From Octopus vulgaris (taxonomy: Eukaryota): a stretch of DNA of 64,000 nt. A program made the translations under genes and the position numbers. The notes below the pieces were generated by a model. The model was not told the DNA's origin and made no database searches. It saw only the letters and a program-made list of their open reading frames with translations. Positions 55,121 to 64,000 of the stretch are shown here, in pieces. Where the stretch lies: positions 4,402,001-4,466,000 of the forward strand of contig OX597817.1 in assembly GCA_951406725.2 (NCBI GenBank), given 5' to 3'. The stretch's first letter is position 1. Each line of letters begins with the position of its first letter.

Positions 55121-55744
55121 TTAGTGATGCATATGGTTACCTTTTTGCTTAAGGTCGTTGCAGTCGGCATACCATGATACAGGAACAAGGAAAACATCTT
55201 CAGTTAGATATTTTCACTGTCAATGGATTACAGTTCACTCATACCGAGTTGTCGTCAGAATTTAATTATAAAATCCATAACAACTTTTCTTTAGCAATGA
55301 AATAGAGGTACATTTCTTCTAGCTGCAGTATTGGCTCTGCTTTTAGAAAGCTTGCCTTAGAAATCTCCCTTGCTCTGAAATGGGATTATAATATTTTAAT
55401 CTGGTTATGAATGTATTCACACAGTTAATCCTACTTTCAGTTTCATTCAGTATTTTACAGAGTGCGTAGTCTTACTTTTAAAATCCAGGTTATCATTAGA
55501 ATGATTAAATATAATTTGGATATCTACACAAATACTGTTAGTGTTAACACATTACATCCTGTTTTCTTTCATTATAGACATTCTGTAATATTTTCTCGTT
55601 CAAAATATTACCATTGTACTAATTGTGATGAATGAAATGCAAATATACAAAAAAACCAAGGAGTTTTTCCTCGGGCTTATTTATACATAAGAACAGTAAT
55701 ATCTGAAACATCGACAAAGGAATTTTTAAAAATCCCAAATAATA

Positions 55745-55918
55745 ATGGTTTCAGTTTATGACACAAGGCTAGAAAGTTCGGAGAGGGAGATAATCGATTA
55801 CTTCGACCCCAGACACCTAAAGGACGAAAGGCAAAGTCGAAGTATTTGAACTCAGAATGACCAAATGCCGGTAAGCATTTTGCCCTGCGCGGTAACGATT
55901 TTGCCAGCTCGCCTCCTT
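55745..55918 (-). mobile_element. SINE family B, diverged
   Basis: Reverse complement of GGCGAGCTGGCA...GAGTTCAAAT...CGACTTTGCCTTTCGTCC. Confidence 0.75.
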
Positions 55919-56075
55919 ACTAAAGCCAAATAATAATAATAATAAAGTCAATGAAGAGAAATGCTAAAAGTAGGGAAAGAAAAGACATGAGAAAAATGGA
56001 AAACAGGAAGTCATTTAAGAAAGAGGAGAAAATTTAAGAAGATATACATACATACATACATAGATATATTTATAT

Positions 56076-57315
56076 GGTGCTATGTCTTTTCGCTCGGCGT
56101 CACTTTGTCCAACGTCACTTCGCTCACGTCTTTTTTGTCCGACGTCTTTCTATCCGATGATTTTTTTTGTCCAACGACTTTGTGTCCAATTTTATATAAA
56201 CTGTTTGGAAAAGAAGTTGAAATATTTCTAATGATATATTCGCAGAACTATAACGAGCCTCGTTATAGGATTACTATCGTTCTATTTCCTTCTCTGTTAA
56301 CAGTTTACTTCCTCTTTCTCCTTCTCACTCTTAAGTACGGTGCTGTGTATAGAGAGTGCTGCAAATTTAGTGTACACATTTTTAATTTACCAATCCCGAA
56401 ATGACAAAGTTCATAGTATCGACCAAAAACAAAAGTAAAGTAGTTTATGAAAGTAACTACATCTACGATGTTCATTCAAGCAGTACAAAACTAGGAAAAG
56501 AATACTGGAGATGTGAGAAAAGAAGACTATGTTCAGAGCGAATTCACATCGTAACGGAAAACAATGAGTCGAAAATTGTTTATGTTTCTAGTGAGCACTT
56601 TCATCCAGCTGATGTAGATTTGTTAAATGCTAGGAAAGCAGTTTCAGAAATAAAGCATGAAGCGGGGTAAAAACATAGAAGCAAGTTCGCGTAGCATAAT
56701 AGCGGCTAAGTTTACGCAGCTAACAGAAATTACTTGCTCACAAACTCCTCGTTTGCCTGTACTTTCCAGGATTATTGAAAGATGCCGACAAAAAAAATAA
56801 TAATTCTGGATTTCCCGCCAATCCAGCGGTTAAAACTGATTTTGAAATAGCTGGAAAATATTGTAAACTTGATGATGGCGAACAGTTTCTGAGATACGAT
56901 TCGTGTGTCGACGATCTATAGCGCATGCTAATATTTGCATCAGCAAGTGCTCTTCAGGAGATAGCACCATATCGTCACTGGGCATATGACGGAACGTTCA
57001 AAATTATGCCAAAACAGTGGTTTCAACTATTTAGCATTTATGTACAAGTTGAAGGTAGCACTTTTCCTCGGGTCTTTCAATTACTGCCGAATGAAACAAA
57101 GCAGATATATGAATTATTTTCGAACAATAGAAAATTATGCAACCTATTGCATATCCACTTGATCTCATGGCAGATCTCGAAGTTGCAGTTCATAAGGTAT
57201 TTAATTTATCATTCCTTATTTCATCTATCGTGGAATTTTTGTTTCATTTGAGCCAATCAGTATTTCGAAAATTTACAGATTTAGGCCTCAAAGAAAAATA
57301 CAATAAAAAACTCTG
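56076..57315 (+). mobile_element. MULE (Mutator-like) transposon, 3'-truncated, FLYWCH + DDE transposase pseudogene
   Basis: Left end built of ~15-bp tandem repeats (TTTGTCC(A/G)ACG). FLYWCH-type YIY...YWRCEKRRLC...HFH (56401-56670). MULE WAYDGTFKIMPKQWFQLFSI, LLPNETKQIY, MADLE and FHLSQSVFRK. Confidence 0.9.
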
Positions 57316-58583
57316 AATTCTGTTACTTTCTTCTTGCACAACTAGACGACGTTCTCAATCTTCCTAGTAGTGTACATCTAAATATTTCTAATGAAGGTGT
57401 GTGGTTATAAAATTAGTCTTGAGTGGTTTTCCCATCATATTGATGAGGTTGCTGGCGTGTTTTACTGCTATAGCCTTGAACTGCGTCACATATAATAGTC
57501 TGTCTGTTTCAGTATATATTTAATATGTACGCGTGCATATTTTAATATATCTACAATAGCATAGTTTCGTGGCTGAGGTTGGCTTCCTGAGATAAAAAAT
57601 GCTTTCATATGACAAGGATTTAAAATTTATCTTATACTGATTAAATTTCTTACTAATTAGAAAGATTTTACTTATGTTAGATCCGACATTTAGCTATAAT
57701 AGGTCTGCATGTCAAAAGATGTTTCAAGGTGTTTATAGTTGAGGTACCATGTTTTGCTATACAGGAGAGCATTTTATATTTGGAACAAACGTTTTATTGA
57801 GGACATCGTTATAAGTGACTGTTCTTTAAAGAAATATTTTCACCAAAGAATAGGTTTTATGTTTTCCTACAGCGGTATTACCTAATAACCGGTCTTAGAT
57901 TTTGATAGGTTAAATAATTTGCATTTAGTGTTAAGTCTTCATATACACTTACTTAACATTTCCATCTCATTGTCAGCGTGTAACTTTATTGTTTAAACTT
58001 CTTCCTTGTTTATATAGTAAAAGCTATTGTACTTACATGTTTCTTGTATAATACATTTAGTACGTAGCTGCTCATAAAACTTATCATCTGCATAACCAAT
58101 ATTTATAGACTTGTTTGAGATAAATAAGGATTTTTGCAACTGTTTACTCTGACTGTGTCCTAGAAGGTGTTAGTAGAGTTACGAAATGTCGGGCTTGACA
58201 TCATATCTAGGATATCTGATTCAAATTTGTAGAAGGAATCTTCCTCATTATATACCAAATAAGTAAGTTAAAACTTTTCACTGGATCATAGAAGTATCCT
58301 TCTCAACTCATACGCACTCTATACAGTGTACTATCATGTTGAGTAAGCCCACAGTGCACGTTCGATAATATTCGTATACTGAAAAGTTTTTTGCGGATTA
58401 TGTAGCTTCATAGGTACTATAGAGTAGTAGAAGGCTGGAGAATATATCAGCCGAAAGATTTTGCTAACAACAAACAAGATGGGGACAAATATCCGTCAAA
58501 TGTAAATAAAGTAAATAAGTAAAGTATATTCTACTGTAGCCTGGGGACAACCAAAGCCTTGCGGCTGGATTTCGTAAACAATC

Positions 58584-58755
<172 letters not shown>

Positions 58756-58816
58756 TCTGTTTTATTCTTTCGCTGCAAGGACACTGTTAGGTATGTTATT
58801 GATCAGATGCCAGGTT

Positions 58817-61800
58817 TCATTGCAGAATCGGCATTTTGGGTCTGCTCCATTTTTCATCACATTGGCCTGGTAGTTCCGGGTTAATAGGCTTTGATCTTGA
58901 GCAGCCAGGATGAAACCTTCGCTCTCTGCTTTTAGCCCTGAGCTCCGTAGCCACTGATGGGTTTGCTTCTGGTCAACATCAGCTTGTTTGCTGCGGGTCA
59001 CATATTTGCCGTGCAGAGGTTTCTCCTCCCACCTATCAGCCAATTGCTCGTGCGCTTTTTTCGTTGCCATCATTTTCACCTTCTTTGCAACAATAATTGC
59101 CGTACTTCCCTCGGGTTGTTCTGTTTGGGTATTCTGCACGAGATCAATAGCAAATTTTTTGCTTTCCTTTATAATAGAATGAAGCTTCTTTCGTCTCTCG
59201 TGATTTTCCACGAGCTTTAGCATCCAGTCATTCGATATTTCGAGATATTTGGCCAGTCTAATTGTGGTTGTTTTGTAAGCTAGTTCAAATTGGATCAGGC
59301 CTCGACCTCCTTGGGCTCTGGGAAGGTAAAGGCGATCTACGTCTGCCTTTGGGTGGTGCATCCTATTACAACTCAGCAGCTTGCGTATTTTCCTATCTAT
59401 ATTCTTTACTTCACTCATATTCCAGTTCAACACATTGTAGCTATAAGTAACAACTGGAACTGCTAAGGAATTTATAGCTAACACCTTGTTACGTGCATTT
59501 AGTTCAGATTTCAGGACTGCACGAACTCTCCTATAACATTCCTTCCTGATCTTCTCTTTCATGCTTGCATGCTGAATACCAGAGCCTTCATTTATCCCTA
59601 AATATTTGTATGTTTGTTCTTGCTCAAGCTCTCTTATGACTGTGTCAACATCTAACACGACTGAATTTGTGGTCTTCACTTTCCCTTTCTGGAAAGTGGC
59701 CTTGGCACACTTCTCAAGTCCAAACTCCATCCCGATGTCATCGCTGAATGCTTTCACAGTGCACAATAGGCCTTCAAGTTCATTATTGTCTTTACCATAA
59801 AGTTTTAAGTCATCCATATAAAATAGATGGCTTATTTTTTTATTGGCAATGTTATACCCATACCCTGTTCTGTTTAATTCACTTGTAAGGGGTATTAGGG
59901 CTATGCAGAATATTAAAGGTGAAAGTGAGTCACCTTGAAAAATTCCACAGTTGATGTTTATATTTTCTGAGGCAAGTACTCCATTAGAGTGGTATAATTG
60001 GAGTTTCGTATTCCACAACGACATATTGTGCTTCAGGAAGTTTGAAATCACAGGGGAAATTTTGAAGATGTCCAGCGATCTCAAGATCCATGGATGCGGT
60101 ATACTGTCGAAGGCCTTTTTATAGTCAATCCATGCGGTGCTGAGATTTCTGCGCTTGTTGTGACAGTTCTCAAGGATCATACGATTGATTAGCAGTTGAT
60201 CTTTGCATCCGTAAGAGCCTCGGCGGCACCCTTTTTGTTCAATGGGGAAAATATCGTTCTTCTCCAAGAATGCATATGTTTTCTCCGCCAGAATAGATGT
60301 TAGGATTTTATACGTGGTGGATAGACAGGTTATAGGCCGATAGTTTTTTGGAAGGTTGGTTTCGTTATTCTTTGGGAGTAGGTAAGTAATGCCACTTGCT
60401 AACCATTCAGGTGTTTTCTTTGGGTCTCTCATAATTCCATTAAGCAGCTGAACTAGCTTACCGTGTGCGCATGGGAGCGATGCGAGCCAGAAATTCGGCA
60501 CCCTATCTTTACCGGGGGATTTCCAATTATGGGCCTTCGTGAGTGCCTTTCTTAGGTCTGTTATTGTGATGTCTTCCCATGCTTGTTGTTGTAAATTTTG
60601 GTATAATCCAGTCTGCATTTATGTTGTACGTCTTCTTATCACTCCAAATACTTTTCCAAAAGTTTTGAACTTCTTCCATGGGAGGGGGATCTTTAACGGT
60701 TACTTTCTCCTTCCCTATCTCTCTGTAGAATTTTTTGGCATTGGATGTGAACAGCTTATTTTGCTTGTAAAACTTGTTTCTCTTCTCAAATCTTCGTATT
60801 CTTTGGGCTTTTGCTTGGACTTTTTGTTTCAGCGTTTCTTTTATTGATATCAGTTCTTCTCTTGGTGAGGATCCACATTTTCTCTTCATCTTTCTTCCTG
60901 TTCTGGATCTTACATCATTTCCACATATTAGTTCATTTAATATTGATATTTCCCCTCTCATAAATTCAATCTCTTTTTCAATTTTACTTCTCCAGGTTTG
61001 ATTTCTTCCCAGGTTTGGTTTTCTTTGTTTTTTCGGGGGCATACAGCTGGTTTCAATTGCGTAAATAATTTCATTTAACTCAGTAAAATCAGGTTTTAAT
61101 TCTCGTATTATTTCATTTGTTACATAGTTGCCAATTTGGATTTGTTTTTTATTTTGGTTTGTATTTGAGAGTTTATGAAGTGGTTCTCTATCATTCATAC
61201 TTGTATGTCTTACAACTTCAAGTGTATTCAGGATTTTCTGCCTCATTTCTGCCATAGACTCTCTGTGTTCTTCAGCAGATGCGAGATCTTCAGTTACTGT
61301 TGTTTTTCCGTTTTCCTGGCTATCTTTAACAGGTACAATAGAATTTCTTGTATCTTCAGGCCTTTGCGTACTTTGGTCAGATGGCAGTCTTTCAATTAAG
61401 CCTCGTGGCGGGATATACTGTTCATCTGATTCTTCATTTCCTTTGTGTCTTATATTTATGTCATTTTCCGTTGCGTGCTTGATCGCGCTTATTTCACTGT
61501 CTGTGAGTCTGTTATTTCTAAGGATATCCCTCCTCACATTTGCTAATTTGTTCTCGTCCAAATAGGGCCTACTGTCTTCATTCCGTGTTCTCCATATACT
61601 GTAAGAGTTTGCGGTGTGTCTCTCTTGAGATGGCCTACCTAATGCATAGTAATAAGCGTATATTACTTCTTTATACTCTTCTCGGGTCCATTTGTTCCGC
61701 TTACATTTTTCTTTCTGTGGTGGTTGTGGTGGTGAACTTGGAGGGCTCGAGTTGGGGGATTTCCCGTTCAAATGACCATCCATGTCCGTATTCGGAGAAG

Positions 61801-61927
61801 AGTTTGTGCCAGTTGATGACTTTTCGGTCCCAGGCTGGCTCTTCCCTGGGGGACGCGCTTCCAGATTAACCATAGGACAAGCGATTTGGTATACTGATTT
61901 AGTTTTCCTTTTAGTTTCCAAAAACAT
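58817..61927 (-). pseudogene. Dong/R4 polyprotein (N-terminal domain + reverse transcriptase), one frameshift near 60600
   Basis: ORFs 60527-61927 (466 aa) and 58762-60618 (618 aa) overlap in different frames. Confidence 0.92.
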
Positions 61928-62035
61928 TTTGGTGCTACGATAATGTTATCATTTTTTAGCTTTGGTTGGCTCGTGGGGAGACGGCCATCATTGCTGTTAC
62001 AATTATAATCGTACCATTATAGCAGCCGTAGTCGG
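58817..62035 (-). mobile_element. R4/Dong-type RLE non-LTR retrotransposon, 5' part (5' UTR, N-terminal domain, RT, start of Zn knuckle)
   Basis: N-terminal KWTREEYKEVIYAYY. RT motifs KSPGKD, NYRPITCL, WIDYKKAFDSIPH, GIFQGDSLSPL and YMDDLKL. Ends abruptly at CRFCN. 5' end adjoins degenerate TAA repeats. Confidence 0.93.
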
Positions 62036-62403
62036 CTTATTATTGTTATTATCATCACCATTATTATCACTATCATCATTATCACCACCATTACCATCAT
62101 CATTATCATCATCACCATCACCATCACCACCATCATCATCAATGATATTGTTTTATGTGTAGTCACAGCAGTATCTTATTATTGTTATTTTTGTTTTTTT
62201 ATCCTTATCACCATCACAGTAGTGTCTGTCTGTCTCGTTGGCTGGCTTGGTGGTTGGCTGGCTGACTGTCTTCAATGCCAGAGTTCTTGCCTGTCAAATA
62301 ATACTTTCATATTTGGTTAACAATAGAGGTGAGGTTTGTGTTGGTTGAACTCTTTGAGTGTGTGTGTGTGTAGATAGATAGATAGATTGATTATCAGCAC
62401 TAC

Positions 62404-62473
<70 letters not shown>

Positions 62474-62474
<1 letters not shown>

Positions 62475-63182
62475 CCGTCTTTCTTTGAATTTTCTTCCGT
62501 TTCTCGCCGAGTGCTTTCCGTACACCTAAGGCAGAGTAGCTCATTGTATGCATTCCCAGATTACACACGGAAATTTACAGGTAAAATATGCATTTAAAAA
62601 TTGATAAATAAATAAATTCATGAATGGATGTTGCTTTCACAGCGATAATGCTCTTCTCAGTACATGAGCCGTTCCAGTTAACACGATTTTTGCACTTCCT
62701 GTAGGGATGGTAAGCCTGGTATCATTTTCAAATAGGTTTCAGTGCCTTTTTTATCACTCCTAGAGATCCTACAATCACTGGTACTGTAGTTGCCTTGAGA
62801 TGCCACATTTTTTTCAATTTCTATAAGTAAGTCTTTATATTTACTGATCTTGTCAAATTCTTTCGCTGCTATATTGTGATCGCAAGGAATACTCATGTCA
62901 ATTAATAAACACACCTTTTTTGTCTGATCTTTTATAATAATATCCGGTTTCTTGGCTTTTATAGCTTCGTCTGTATGTACGGGGAAGTTCCAGAGAATCG
63001 ACATATTTTCTCACTCAGTCACTGCTCCAGGATGGTGTTTACACCATTTGTCAGCGGTTTTCATTTTATAATGCCGATATATTGTCCAGTTTAAATACTG
63101 GCCGATTCTGTCAAGTCTTGCTTTATATTCTACAGCTGCAAATACTCTACACCCTGAGATTAGGTGGTATATAGTTTCAATC
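62474..63182 (-). mobile_element. 5'-truncated R4/Dong LINE (RLE + 3' UTR) inside (TAA)n
   Basis: ETIYHLISGC, ILWNFPVHTD, KPDIII, LIDMSIP and DKISKYKDL. TAA tracts at 62402-62473 and 63183-63262. Confidence 0.92.
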
Positions 63183-63262
<80 letters not shown>

Positions 63263-64000
63263 GCCTTTGCACAGTGTCAGCTGTTCACTACCAGTGAACT
63301 AAGGTAACATCTCTTATTTTTCGGGCACCATCCGGAGTATTCGAGCGGTTTCAAGCAGTGCTGTTTTGTGCAAGTGCTCCAACCTTATTGGAGCCCCTAT
63401 TTGTTCCACGTACTTCTCGAGATTTTTGCTCACTGTTCCCAGGACCCCGACAATTACTGGCACTACTGCTATCTTTTTCCTCGACCACAACTGTTCAAAC
63501 TCCCAAGCTAACCTGTCATATCTCTCGACTTTTCTTTCTTCCTTATCGCATAACCTGTTGTCAGCTGGGCATGCTGTCAATGATCCAGCATAGTTTGTTT
63601 TCTTTCTCAAGTTAAACTATGTCCGGCTTCCTATTCTCTATACCATGATCACACCGAATCATAAAATCCCATAGGATCTTTGCATTTCTATTTTCGACGA
63701 AGCCTTCAGGTTTGTGATCGTACTAATTTTTTGCTCTCTCAAGTCCATACTTGTGGCAAAGTATCCAATGCACAAGCCTGGCTATATGGCCGAGGCGTCT
63801 CTTTGTGGGCTAGAGCCGTACATTGGCTGGTTTTGTCAACTGATTCTGCCCTATCACTTACTGCTGTGTTGTCTATTCTGTATTTTATGTAGTTTGTTCT
63901 TAGTTCTTGCTCCAGGGCAGCACAGACGAGAACCTCCCTTTCCGGTTTTAAATCACTTTTAGTCATCCACAGCCATCTTTTTTGTTTGTCTGTCTTATCT
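63263..64000 (-). mobile_element. Divergent R4/Dong-type LINE, 3' part (runs off the window)
   Basis: SDLKPEREVLVCAALEQELRTNY, ILWDF, ACPAD, KVERYDRL and VVPVIVGVLG. The 3' end joins (TAA)n. Confidence 0.88.

Larger units (their letters stand above)
49900..55450 (-). mobile_element. Probable ancient Gypsy LTR retrotransposon interior, heavily decayed and interrupted by a SINE and a Helitron
   Basis: Weak but correctly ordered remnants on the minus strand: gag-like REISKASFLKAEPILQLEE (~55360), pre-RT EIFDRSPKKCMNLPPPPEFHIKLTEVDFCIK (~53740-53650), integrase-like SWFV...IDSGTKF (~50400-50325). No intact catalytic motif. Confidence 0.4.

Noticed and set aside
57320-58450. Possible CR1/L2 RT remnant on the minus strand (YADD- and HADN-like peptides)
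   Set aside because: The motifs are not collinear enough to call without a profile search.

Overview
This is AT-rich, microsatellite-saturated eukaryotic DNA, most likely an octopus intron or intergenic region (inferred from the SINE families and the repeat landscape). I recognise no host protein-coding exon, rRNA, true tRNA gene or CRISPR array, and most listed ORFs are microsatellite translations. The window holds layered mobile elements: two Penelope-like elements (RT + GIY-YIG) plus GIY-YIG-only and pLTR remnants, several R4/Dong-type RLE LINEs at (TAA)n tracts, RTE fragments, two mariners, a Tc1, a FLYWCH-MULE, two non-autonomous Helitrons, a 170-bp solo LTR, a probable ancient Gypsy and three tRNA-derived SINE families. 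Four observations stand out. (1) Minimal hammerhead ribozymes in the Penelope termini carry three different Watson-Crick pairs at catalytic positions 3-8 (C-G, U-A, G-C). (2) Reciprocal junctions suggest a ~10.8-kb inversion that split a near-intact Dong LINE and a Tc1. (3) A covarying 3'-UTR hairpin is shared by the TAA-targeting Dong copies. (4) A composite SINE is present twice. I see no convincing evidence of a wholly new protein-based system.
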